64,000 nt of DNA, taken from positions 64,001 to 128,000 of the forward strand of contig CAVSGI010000009.1 in assembly GCA_963727445.1 (NCBI GenBank), in the 5' to 3' direction. Below are positions 53,205-62,393 of the stretch, piece after piece. Within the stretch, counting starts at the first letter, position 1, and each line of letters opens with the position of its first letter. The notes under the pieces were generated by a model. The model made no database searches. It was not told where the DNA came from and saw only the letters and a list, made by a program, of their open reading frames with translations. The position numbers were made by a program, and so were the translations under genes. This DNA comes from an uncultured delta proteobacterium. GTDB lineage: Bacteria; Myxococcota_A; Polyangia; Polyangiales; B10-G4.

Positions 53205-54575
53205 GTGAGCGAGGCCCGCAGCATCGAGTGTGGAAAGTGTGGCGGTGGCATTCCGCTGATGACCCTGAGCGTCGCCGTGCGCTGTCCCCACTGTGGGCAC
53301 CGTCAGGCCCTGGGCGCGCAGACTCAGCACGAGCTGAAGAGCTACGCCGCGGAGGTGGAGGCCAAGATGGCGGCCGCGAACCGCGAGCTGTCGCAAGCGG
53401 ACGCCTGGCGGCAGTGGTCGGAGTCTGGCCGGACGCCGCGGCGTTCGCTGCAGGTGGGCTACGGGCTGATGCTGGGGGTGCCGATCCTCATCACGCTCGC
53501 CGGTTTCTTCCTTCACCGAATCGGTCTCTTCGATATCCAAGGGCCGGGGCTCAGCTTCGTGATCCTGGGCGCGTCCTACGGCGGCGTCTTCGTCTACCTC
53601 GTCTGGTACTACGCCGGCCGCAAGCGTGGGGACGCGCGCAAAGCCGACGTCAGCGTGTCGAAGGTCGCGTGTCCGAACTGCGGCGCCCCAAACGCGATGC
53701 GTCCGGGGCAGGTGCTCGAGCGATGCACCCACTGCGGCGCCGCGCTCGCACCGACGCACACGATCATGGTGCAGGGGCTCTCGGCCGCCCACCAGGCCCG
53801 CCGCCGTGCGCTCCTCGAACGCTATCGGGCGGAGCGCAAGGGGATGGCGCGGGTGCTCAGCTACAGCGCCAACAACTACGTTCCCTTCCTCGTGATGGGG
53901 TCGCTCGTGCCGCCGGTCGGCTTCGGCGCACTCGCCTTCACCTGGCAGATGTTCGTGACGGGTGAAGCGCCCTTCAACCCGGCGATATTCATCTTGTGGG
54001 GGATGCTCGCGGCGATCATCGGGGTGCCCATCGCGTACTTCGCCTACCGGAAAACGCAGCGCCGAGCGATCCACGAAGCGATGAGTGACCTCGCGCGCCA
54101 GTTCCGAGGAGTCGTGAGCGCCAAGCGGGACGATCTGGTGCGTTGGCTCAACCGATACTGGGCCGCCGAGTACAAGACGATCTGGCTCTACGACGGCGTC
54201 TACTTTCACGCGGCAGCCCTCGAAGTGGTGGGCTTCGACACGCTCGTCGACTTCGAGCCCGACGGATACCGTTACCGCGGAAGCGGCTACCCCGCGCGGC
54301 TGCATCTCGCCCTCGCGGCCTTCGTCCCTGGCGTGACCGATGGAGGCGGTGGTCCCCGAAGCGACGCCCGCACTCAGCAGCTGAAGGAGTGGCTCCGAAC
54401 CTCCGGATTCGAGCTGAAGGTGTGCGAAGGAGGTCTCCTCGCCCAGGCGACCCCGCAGATCGTGAAGCGCGTGCGCAAGAACCCCTCCGCGCTCCACGAG
54501 CTCGCGCCGATCCTGCACGCCATGGCCGAGATCGCCGCGCGCATCGGGGCGACACCGGTCGAAGCGATGGAGTGA
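53205..54575 (+). CDS. Membrane protein with two zinc ribbons (start approximate)
   Basis: CGKC..CPHC and CPNC..CTHC, each followed by a helix and two hydrophobic segments. Confidence 0.7.
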   Translation: MSEARSIECGKCGGGIPLMTLSVAVRCPHCGHRQALGAQTQHELKSYAAEVEAKMAAANRELSQADAWRQWSESGRTPRRSLQVGYGLMLGVPILITLAGFFLHRIGLFDIQGPGLSFVILGASYGGVFVYLVWYYAGRKRGDARKADVSVSKVACPNCGAPNAMRPGQVLERCTHCGAALAPTHTIMVQGLSAAHQARRRALLERYRAERKGMARVLSYSANNYVPFLVMGSLVPPVGFGALAFTWQMFVTGEAPFNPAIFILWGMLAAIIGVPIAYFAYRKTQRRAIHEAMSDLARQFRGVVSAKRDDLVRWLNRYWAAEYKTIWLYDGVYFHAAALEVVGFDTLVDFEPDGYRYRGSGYPARLHLALAAFVPGVTDGGGGPRSDARTQQLKEWLRTSGFELKVCEGGLLAQATPQIVKRVRKNPSALHELAPILHAMAEIAARIGATPVEAME

Positions 54576-54644
54576 GGCTTCCAGGTCGTCGTCGTGAGGA
54601 GCGCTACTTCGCGCGCGTGCCTCTTGGCTTGCTAGACTCCTTTC

Positions 54645-55928
54645 GTGCCCTTCGTGCTCGCTGCGCTCCTACTGTCGGCGTGCTCCATCGACACCCACGC
54701 CATCGCTCCCGGCGTGGGTGCGGACGGGAGCGTCCCGGACGGGAACGTCACCGACGGTTGGATGGACACCATGGGACCCCTCGACGCCGAGGTGCGTGAC
54801 ACCGCGCCCCCGCGCGACGACACGGCGCCGCCCGACACGCGCGTGGTGGATTCCGGTCCACCGATGCCGACGCCCATCGTCACAGCGGCGAGCTCCGGAG
54901 GGTATGAAGGCCATCCCACGGTGATCTGGAGCGGGACGCGCTTCGACGTCGCTGTGATCTCCGTCGCTTCGGGTGGTGGGCACGTCGAGACCTACGGGAT
55001 GCTCCCCGGCGACGTGACCCCGATCGACCGACGCCGCGCGTCCTCGGGAGGTGCCAGAGACCGACGCGGCACGGTCCTCGCGTCGGCGCCCGACGGTCGC
55101 CTCGCGGTGGGCTGGCACGAGTACGACGGCGCCGAGTGGGACGTGGTGGTGGCGATCGACAGCGGCGGCTCGTTCACCGAGCGCCGCTTCGACGGCGCAG
55201 CCGCCGCGTCGGATCACAACAGCCTGGCCCTCTTCTGGGTGGGCAGTGAGCTCCGCGGGGTCGTGCGACAGGCGGGCGCCGGCGGCTCTCACAACGCCCG
55301 CGACGTCCGCTTCGATCCCGGGCCGGTGGCGATCGACATCGCTCCTTTCGCCGCCGCGCCGGACCTCGGCGGCATGGACGGCATCGGCGGACCGGACGGT
55401 CCCGTCGTCGTCTTCGGTGCGACCGGAGCGACCTTCCACCGCACCACGGCCTTCGTCACGATCGATTCCGTCGCTGCGCTCAGCCCGGTCGAGGCCGACG
55501 TGGCGATCCTCGACGACGAATCGATCTTCAGCGTGTGGTCTGCCGACGCATCCGGGGAGCGCGCGGTCTACGCGCGACGCCTCGATCGCTCGGGGAGCGC
55601 GTACGTTCCGGCGTTCGGCCCGCGGCTGCTCTCCTGGCGCGGCCCCGACCCGACGATCGCCGCCGCCTCCGCCGGCCCCGTCGGCGCGTACATCGACGAG
55701 TCCGGCGGTGAGCGCATCGTCACGGTGGTAGCCCTCGACGCCGACGGCGCGGAGATCGGCGGTCCGTGCCCCCTCGCGAACCTGCTGCCTTCGGCGAACG
55801 ACCCGGTCATCGCCTGTGGCGGAGGCTATTGCGCCGTCGTGTGGCTCGAAGGCTCGACTCGAAGCGACACGGATTTCGTCACACGGGTCGTCCAGTTGCC
55901 GATCTCGCCTGCCTTGATGTGTCCCTGA
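54645..55928 (+). CDS. Lipoprotein, possible beta-propeller
   Basis: Lipobox LSAC, Asp/Thr/Pro linker, repeated P.(V/I)A..G....V.W units. Confidence 0.68.
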   Translation: MPFVLAALLLSACSIDTHAIAPGVGADGSVPDGNVTDGWMDTMGPLDAEVRDTAPPRDDTAPPDTRVVDSGPPMPTPIVTAASSGGYEGHPTVIWSGTRFDVAVISVASGGGHVETYGMLPGDVTPIDRRRASSGGARDRRGTVLASAPDGRLAVGWHEYDGAEWDVVVAIDSGGSFTERRFDGAAAASDHNSLALFWVGSELRGVVRQAGAGGSHNARDVRFDPGPVAIDIAPFAAAPDLGGMDGIGGPDGPVVVFGATGATFHRTTAFVTIDSVAALSPVEADVAILDDESIFSVWSADASGERAVYARRLDRSGSAYVPAFGPRLLSWRGPDPTIAAASAGPVGAYIDESGGERIVTVVALDADGAEIGGPCPLANLLPSANDPVIACGGGYCAVVWLEGSTRSDTDFVTRVVQLPISPALMCP

Positions 55929-55929
55929 G

Positions 55930-56595
55930 ATGAGCACCTTCGCCTGGATGAAGTTCCTCGAGTCCTCGCCCGAGCGCTACGACCAGGGCATTCGCATGCT
56001 CTCCGGCGGTCGTATCGACGAGGTCTACGAGCGGATCGCGAAAAGAGTGGCCGCGCCCGAGCGGCGTGTGCTGGACATGGGGTGTGGCACCGGAGCGGTG
56101 GCGCTTTCGTGCGCGGCCCGCGGCGCGTACGTCACCGGCATCGACATCGATGCGGGCATGCTCGAGGTCGCTCGGGCCAAGCCGGTGCCCACCAAGGGGC
56201 GGGTCGAGTGGATGCAGGTGGGGATCGCCGAGATCGAGGACCACTTCGGGCCGGCGACCTTCGACGCCGTCGTCTCGTGTTTGATGTTCTCGGAGCTCTC
56301 GGCCGACGAGCGGGCGTACGCGCTCCGAGCGGCCCTCCGCGTTCTGGTCCCAGGGGGTGATGTGGTCATCGCCGACGAGACGGTGCCGCGCAGCACCCTA
56401 CGGCGCACCCTGCACCGTCTGCGCAGGGCGCCGCGCCACGCGCTCACCTACCTGCTCACGCAAACGAGCACGCGGCCCGTTCGAGAGCTCGGCGGGGCGC
56501 TGAGCGCGGCCGGCTTCGTGGACGTGGACGAGGCGCGCATCTGGTCCGATGCGTTCGTGATCGCGACCGGCCAAAAGCCGGGGGTGGCGGCGTGA
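55930..56595 (+). CDS. cpaM: Class I SAM methyltransferase, corrinoid-protein-associated (CpaM-like)
   Basis: MKFLESSPERYD.GIR.LS, VLDMGCGTG, FSELS.DE, IADE; GTGA overlap with HgcAB-like gene. Confidence 0.8.
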   Translation: MSTFAWMKFLESSPERYDQGIRMLSGGRIDEVYERIAKRVAAPERRVLDMGCGTGAVALSCAARGAYVTGIDIDAGMLEVARAKPVPTKGRVEWMQVGIAEIEDHFGPATFDAVVSCLMFSELSADERAYALRAALRVLVPGGDVVIADETVPRSTLRRTLHRLRRAPRHALTYLLTQTSTRPVRELGGALSAAGFVDVDEARIWSDAFVIATGQKPGVAA

Positions 56596-57704
56596 GGGTT
56601 CGCGACCTCTCGGGATGGTTGCGGGACACGCTGCTGCGGATGCTGCCGCACGCAGCGCCGACCGGGCTGATCCGCATCGGAAACCCGGACCGCGGCTCTC
56701 CCGTGCTACTCACCGGGAACTTCACCCTCACCGTCCGCCGCATGAGAGACGCGCTCGCCGGTCACGATGCGTGGCTCCTCTGCGCGAACAGCGAGGGAAT
56801 CAACGTCTGGTGTGCGGCAGGCGGCGGGCACCTCACGCATCACGACGTGATCTCGGTGATCCGCACCTCCGGCATCGAGGAGCTCGTCGACGACCACGAG
56901 ATCATCCTGCCTCAGCTCTGCGCCACCGGCGTCGAGCACCGGCGGATCACCGAGGTCACTGGATGGAAGACCCGCTGGGGCCCCGCGCGCCTCGAAGACC
57001 TACCCGACTATCTCGACGACGGTCGTCGAGTGAGTCACGACCAACGGTTCATGCGCTTCCCGGTGTGGGAACGTTCGGAGATGGCGATGATGTGGGGCGG
57101 CCCGTTGCTCCTCGTCGCCAGCCCGCTCGTCGGTTGGCTCTGGGGCTGGTCGACCCTGGCGGCGTGCGTGGCCACCGTCATCACCATCGTGGGCGGGATC
57201 TTCTGGCTGCTGCCGTGGCTTCGCGTCACCGGCGGGCTTCGGTGGTTGACCTTCGCCGCGTTCGCCGCGTTGGGCATGGGCGCCGGCGCGGGGGTGCTGA
57301 TGGCGCTCGGGGCCTCAGCCGGTCACCTCGCGGTCGTCGGCGTCATTGCCCTGATCGCCGCGGGCATCCTGGCGATCGATCTCGCCGGCACCACGCCCTG
57401 GTACGGGAGCTACATCAACACGTTCCACAACGAAGCGCACATCGAGCTCGTGGAAGAGCGGTGCAGCGGTGCAGCGGACTGCGTTCTGGTCTGCCCCCGC
57501 GACGTGTTGAAAATGAATGGCGCACGCCGGAAGGTGGAGATCACGAAGCCGGATCAATGCATCCAGTGCGGCGCCTGCATCGTCCAATGCCCCGACGACG
57601 CTCTGCGTTTTCGCTACGACGACGGGCGAGTCGTGGAAGCGGACACGATCCGGAGCACGCGCATGAACATGCTGGGACGGCGCAGCCTCCCGGTACGAGA
57701 CTGA
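56592..57704 (+). CDS. HgcAB-like fusion (corrinoid-binding domain, TM region, ferredoxin)
   Basis: GNP..SPVLLTGNF.LT, GINVWCAAGGG cap helix, ILPQLCATG, WGP; 4-5 TM; CSGAADCVLVCP and CIQCGACIVQCP. Confidence 0.88.
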   Translation: MRVRDLSGWLRDTLLRMLPHAAPTGLIRIGNPDRGSPVLLTGNFTLTVRRMRDALAGHDAWLLCANSEGINVWCAAGGGHLTHHDVISVIRTSGIEELVDDHEIILPQLCATGVEHRRITEVTGWKTRWGPARLEDLPDYLDDGRRVSHDQRFMRFPVWERSEMAMMWGGPLLLVASPLVGWLWGWSTLAACVATVITIVGGIFWLLPWLRVTGGLRWLTFAAFAALGMGAGAGVLMALGASAGHLAVVGVIALIAAGILAIDLAGTTPWYGSYINTFHNEAHIELVEERCSGAADCVLVCPRDVLKMNGARRKVEITKPDQCIQCGACIVQCPDDALRFRYDDGRVVEADTIRSTRMNMLGRRSLPVRD

Positions 57705-57767
57705 ACGCCGAGGCGATTGAGCGCGGAGCGCTGGATGAACCTGAGCAACATGGCGCACAATGGGTGG

Positions 57768-58409
57768 ATGCGCTTCGCACTGCTCTTCCTGGTCCCGCTC
57801 GCCTTCGCGGGGTGCTCCGATTCCCACAGCTCGACCGACGGGAGCGTGGGTGACGCGGATCCCTGCGCGGACGGCGCCTGCGTCGATACCGGTGTTCCGC
57901 CCGCGACCTACGATAGCTGCGACGTTCCGTCCGACTGCGTGCTGACGGCCAACACCTGTTGCGGCGTCTGCGGCGCGCCGACCCGCAGCGACGTCGCGGC
58001 CGTCAACGCCGACATGACGATGGACTACTACCTCGACGTGGCCTGCCCCGCCGCGCGCACCGCCCCGCCGCCGTGCCCCGATTGCGCCGGCATGCCGAAC
58101 CCGAACCTCATCGTCACCTGCATCGACTCCCGGTGCCGGGTCGTAGACCTCGCGTCCGACCCGCCCTACGCGGAATGCACCGCCGACTCGGATTGCATCG
58201 TCCGCGCGCGCGACTGCTGTGAGTGCGGCGCCGACCTCTCCCCCTTCAATCTCGTGGCGATCGCCGCGTCCGAGCTCTCGTCCTTCGAGGGCCTCGTCTG
58301 CGATCCGATGTCGGCCTGTCCCGAGTGTGCCCCCGTCTACCCGACCGACATCGGCGCCGCGTGCAACGACGGCTTCTGCGCCCTGGCGATGATGATGTCG
58401 ATGCCGTGA
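57768..58409 (+). CDS. Cys-rich lipoprotein with two tandem repeats
   Basis: Lipobox FAGC; Y..C...SDC......CC..CGA...ACP..CP.CA pattern occurs twice. Confidence 0.78.
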   Translation: MRFALLFLVPLAFAGCSDSHSSTDGSVGDADPCADGACVDTGVPPATYDSCDVPSDCVLTANTCCGVCGAPTRSDVAAVNADMTMDYYLDVACPAARTAPPPCPDCAGMPNPNLIVTCIDSRCRVVDLASDPPYAECTADSDCIVRARDCCECGADLSPFNLVAIAASELSSFEGLVCDPMSACPECAPVYPTDIGAACNDGFCALAMMMSMP

Positions 58410-58487
58410 GGCTGAGACCCTGTCGAGAGCCTGACCCAGAAGTCCTGGTGACCTCGGTCGGCGAAGTGCGATAAGCTGGACCGGGGT

Positions 58488-60002
58488 ATGGACGAGTCGC
58501 TCAGGGGGACCCGTGTGGCCGAGGTGGCGGCGAGTCATGGGCTCGAGCTGATCAATCGCATCGGCGCCGGCGGGATGGGGGAGGTCTACCTCGCGCGGCG
58601 GCGCGGCGCAGCGGGGTTCGAGCGCCAGCTTGTCGTCAAACGGCTCGCGCCCACCCTCACCAACGACCCGCAGTTCGCGCAGGCGCTGGTGAAAGAGGCG
58701 AACATCATGGTTCGCCTGAGTCACCCCAACGTCGTCCAGGCGCAGGATCTGATCTACGACGGCGACGAGTACCTGCTGGTGCTCGAATACGTCGACGGGC
58801 CGTCCCTCCGGCGAATCATCGCCGCGGTGAACCGCGCGGGCGAGAAGCTCCCGATCGACTTCGTCCTGGCGTGCGTGCGGCACATGGCACGCGCGCTCGA
58901 ATACGCCCACGACATCGTCGACGACAGCGGCCAGCGGCGGCCAGTGGTCCACTGCGACGTGACCCCCGAGAACGTCCTGGTCTCCAAGCACGGCGAGGTG
59001 AAGCTCACGGACTTCGGCATCGCCCGGGTGCTGCACACCACCGCGCTCACGGGTGAGGGGCAGATCCGCGGGAAGTTCCGCTACGTCGCGCCGGAGCAGG
59101 TGGAGGGCAAGGGCATCGCGCCCCCCGCCGATGTCTACTCGACGGGGCTCGTGCTCTACGAGCTGCTCACCCTCGAATCGGCGCGCCGCGGACAGAACAC
59201 GGTGGCGCTGATCTCGGAGGCGCTCAGGCGCGAGGCGGTCACGCTGCCGGCCGAGATCGAAGGCGTCGACGCCGAGCTGCGTGACGAGCTCGACAATCTG
59301 GTGCAGCGCAGCACGTCGCCGAGCCACGAGTCGCGGCCGACGGCGACCGAGATGGCCTCGAGCATCGAGCGGATGGCGTCGAAGCGCGAGATGGACCTCA
59401 CCGGCAACCGCGTCGTCGCGCACTACGTCCGCGATCTGGTGTCGCGCCTCGGCGTGGAGAACCGGGATCCGGTACAGCCGACGAATTCCGGGCCGACCCA
59501 GGCCTCGCGTCCCCTCTCTCAATCGCAGGGCGGCGCCTCCTACTCCAACCCGGGCCCGGCTGCGTACGGAAGCGGCTCGCACTCGAACACCTCGAGCCGC
59601 ACCCGGCCGGCCAGCAAGCCCAAGGTGCTGGTGGTCGACGACAGCGACATCGTGCGCGAGGTCGTGCGGCGCGCCATCACCCGCTTCGGTTTCGAGGTCG
59701 AGACCATCGGCTCGGGCGGGGAGGCGCTGGACTGGCTCGCGGTCAATCACTGCGATGCGGTCCTGGTCGACCTCAACATGCCCGACCTGAGCGGGCTCGA
59801 GCTCACCTCCTTCGTGCGCTCCAATCCCGACATCGCGCACCTGCCCATCATCCTGCTCACGAGCGAGACCGAGTCTCAGCGCGCGGTCACCGGCCTGGGG
59901 CTGGGCGCCGACGACTTCGTCCGTAAAGGCGTGAGCGAGGCGGAGATCGCCGCCCGGATCCATGCCGTCCTCCGCCGCTCGCGCATCCCCGGCGGCGGCT
60001 GA
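58488..60002 (+). CDS. Ser/Thr protein kinase with C-terminal REC domain
   Basis: GAGGMGEV, VVK, HCDVTPEN, DFGIA, APE; REC VLVVDDS...VDLNMPD. Confidence 0.9.
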   Translation: MDESLRGTRVAEVAASHGLELINRIGAGGMGEVYLARRRGAAGFERQLVVKRLAPTLTNDPQFAQALVKEANIMVRLSHPNVVQAQDLIYDGDEYLLVLEYVDGPSLRRIIAAVNRAGEKLPIDFVLACVRHMARALEYAHDIVDDSGQRRPVVHCDVTPENVLVSKHGEVKLTDFGIARVLHTTALTGEGQIRGKFRYVAPEQVEGKGIAPPADVYSTGLVLYELLTLESARRGQNTVALISEALRREAVTLPAEIEGVDAELRDELDNLVQRSTSPSHESRPTATEMASSIERMASKREMDLTGNRVVAHYVRDLVSRLGVENRDPVQPTNSGPTQASRPLSQSQGGASYSNPGPAAYGSGSHSNTSSRTRPASKPKVLVVDDSDIVREVVRRAITRFGFEVETIGSGGEALDWLAVNHCDAVLVDLNMPDLSGLELTSFVRSNPDIAHLPIILLTSETESQRAVTGLGLGADDFVRKGVSEAEIAARIHAVLRRSRIPGGG

Positions 60003-60040
60003 CGCTTGGCGCGCGGGCCGCGCTGACCTATGAACGAGGG

Positions 60041-60958
60041 GTGCCACGCTTCACCAACCTCGACGGGAGCGCCAACACCCGCCACTTCGGGCACGTGCTG
60101 AAGTGGAAGCTCGGGCTCGGTGGCGGACCGCGTCCGGCGAAGGGGCCTTTCGACGTGCCGACCATCACCTGTGATGAGGGCGCCCTGGCTTCGCCCGCGG
60201 AGCTCCAGCTCACCTGGGTGGGACACGCCACCTATCTCGTGCAGCTCGGCGGGCGCGCCATCCTCACCGATCCGGTCTTCGCCGAGAAGCTCTCGGGCGT
60301 GGTACCGCGGAACGTGGCGCCCGGGGTCGCCCTGCCGCAGCTCCCGAAGATCGACGTGGTCGTCGTGACCCACAACCACCGCGATCACATGGACGCGTGG
60401 TCGCTCAGGGCGCTCGGTCCCGAGCCGACCTACGTGGTCCCCCTGGGCCTCGCGCGCTGGTTCGAGCGCGCGGGCTTTCCCCGGGTGGTCGAGATGAAGT
60501 GGTGGGAGCAGCGCGAGGTCGAGGGCGTCGACATCACCTTCGTCCCCTCCCAGCACTGGAGCCGTCGTGGCGTCTTCGATCAGAACGAGACGCTCTGGGG
60601 TGGATACGTCCTCGAGCGCGGCGGCGCGCGGGTCTACCACTCGGGCGATACGGCCTGGTTCGACGGCTTCGCGGAGATCGGGCGCCGGGTGGGCTCCATC
60701 GACGCTGCCATGCTCCCCATCGGTGCCTACGCGCCGCGCTGGTTCATGGAGCCGCAGCACATGGACCCCGGGGACGCGGTGCGCGCCTTCACGGCCCTGG
60801 GCGCCGAGCGTTTCGTGGCGATGCACTGGGGCACCTTCCAGCTCACCGACGAGGCGCTCGACGAGCCGCCGAAGGTGCTGCGCGAGGTGTGGGAAGGCGC
60901 GAGCCTCCCCGACGACCGTCGCTTCGTCCCCGCCATCGGCGAGACGCTCCGCTTCTGA
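60041..60958 (+). CDS. MBL-fold metallo-hydrolase (NAPE-PLD/RomA-like)
   Basis: TWVGHAT, LTDPVF, THNHRDH, QHWSRR, LWGG, PIGAYAPRW, HWGTF. Confidence 0.9.
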   Translation: MPRFTNLDGSANTRHFGHVLKWKLGLGGGPRPAKGPFDVPTITCDEGALASPAELQLTWVGHATYLVQLGGRAILTDPVFAEKLSGVVPRNVAPGVALPQLPKIDVVVVTHNHRDHMDAWSLRALGPEPTYVVPLGLARWFERAGFPRVVEMKWWEQREVEGVDITFVPSQHWSRRGVFDQNETLWGGYVLERGGARVYHSGDTAWFDGFAEIGRRVGSIDAAMLPIGAYAPRWFMEPQHMDPGDAVRAFTALGAERFVAMHWGTFQLTDEALDEPPKVLREVWEGASLPDDRRFVPAIGETLRF

Positions 60959-62209
60959 TCAGATCAGAGTGGGCTCTTCGACGCAGTTGCCGATCTCCAG
61001 GATGAGATAGGCGAGCGCCTGCTCCTGCGCGGTGAGCATGGAGCCGCTGGCGCCCTCGACGGTGTGATAGCTGGTGAAGAGCGTGCGCCCGCATCCGCGA
61101 TCCGCGGTGACCGTGAGGGGGTGCGGCGATCCAGACATCGGCCCGCGCACCCAGGTCTTGGCCCGCTCGGCGGAGGCGGACTGCACCATCACCCAGCCCT
61201 CCTCGAGACCGCGGATCTCCATCATCCCCGAGGCGTCGAGCGCTCCGTTGTTCGCGAGCCACGCCGCGAGCTCCTCGTCGAGAACCTCGCCCTGCGTCGC
61301 GCCGTAGATGGGCGCTCCGTTCTCGGCCGCGTCGATGGGCTCGGGGGTGTCGCTGAGGCCGCTCGCGCCTCCGAAATCGAAGGCGGACGGCACCGCGGCT
61401 TCCGCCGTGTCGTAGGCGAGGTCGGTCACGTAGAGCCGGCCGCCCTCCTCGACGAAGGAGCGGATGTTGGCGACCACCGCCGGGTCTTCGAGCGCGCTCC
61501 TGTCGTACCAGCTATCGGCGAAGCCGGCGCCGCAGTCGACGAAGACGTAGTCGTAGCCATTCAGGCGCGCGCTGTCCCGAAAGAGGCTCGCGCCGCCATC
61601 GGTGCTCCCCGTCTCGTCGTCTCCGTTCACGATGTCGACCACACCAGAGGACAGGCCGATGTGCTGGAGCACGGTCTCCATGTGGTCCCAGGTGCCCGTC
61701 ACCACGGCGATGCGGGGCACGGTCCCTTCGCTCGAATCCCGAGGGAGCCGCGTCTGCTCACCGTCGAGGGGGTTGGCCGTGCAAGGCGTGAGCGACACAG
61801 GCACGTTGCGGACGAACGGCCCCTTCTGGACGACGATCATCGTCGTGCCGGAGGGAACCCCTGCGAGATTGAAGGTGCCGTCGACGCCGGTTTCGGTGAT
61901 CGCATAGACGCTGCTTCGATCGACGCACTCGCCGCACGTCCCGGAGCGCGTGATGGAGCCCGAGGGATCGACCGGGACGTAGACCTGCGCCTTCGACACG
62001 GGCAGAGCGCCGCTCGGAAAGGTCACCACGCCCGAGATGCTCGTGGACGCGCCGCCGCACTCGTCGGCCGGTGGGGGCGCCGTCGTCTCGGGGGGCGGCG
62101 GTGGTGTCGTCGTGCTGCCGCCGTCCGCGGTGCGACTGGACGAAGCGGGTGTGGGCGGGGCGCAGCCGATGGCGACGATGAGGGGAAGGAGCTCGAGGAC
62201 GTGCTTCAT
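60959..62209 (-). CDS. Lipoprotein with carboxypeptidase-regulatory-like domain (myxobacterial type)
   Basis: Lipobox AIGC, ISGVVTFP, DGTFNL.GVP, QKG.F.R, IAVVTG.WD, GGRLYVTD, GRTLFTSYH. Confidence 0.75.
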   Translation of the reverse strand: MKHVLELLPLIVAIGCAPPTPASSSRTADGGSTTTPPPPPETTAPPPADECGGASTSISGVVTFPSGALPVSKAQVYVPVDPSGSITRSGTCGECVDRSSVYAITETGVDGTFNLAGVPSGTTMIVVQKGPFVRNVPVSLTPCTANPLDGEQTRLPRDSSEGTVPRIAVVTGTWDHMETVLQHIGLSSGVVDIVNGDDETGSTDGGASLFRDSARLNGYDYVFVDCGAGFADSWYDRSALEDPAVVANIRSFVEEGGRLYVTDLAYDTAEAAVPSAFDFGGASGLSDTPEPIDAAENGAPIYGATQGEVLDEELAAWLANNGALDASGMMEIRGLEEGWVMVQSASAERAKTWVRGPMSGSPHPLTVTADRGCGRTLFTSYHTVEGASGSMLTAQEQALAYLILEIGNCVEEPTLI

Positions 62210-62393
62210 GGGGAAACCTCTTGTGCCTCCGAAGAACGCAAGGGCCATTCCAGGCGAAAACCGCCACTTCGCCCGCCGCTTTGGGGCTGAGTCTCCCCAG
62301 TACGCCCCGGAAACATGGAGCGTATTCGGTGCAGAGGTGCACCCCCCGACCGATCTTGGCTTCGCCAGGGCGATTGGGCCATGCTGCCTGGCG

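Noticed and set aside
56592..57704. Bona fide mercury methylation genes hgcA/hgcB
   Set aside because: Fused architecture, GGG instead of GKG after the cap helix, altered ferredoxin motifs and no terminal cysteines
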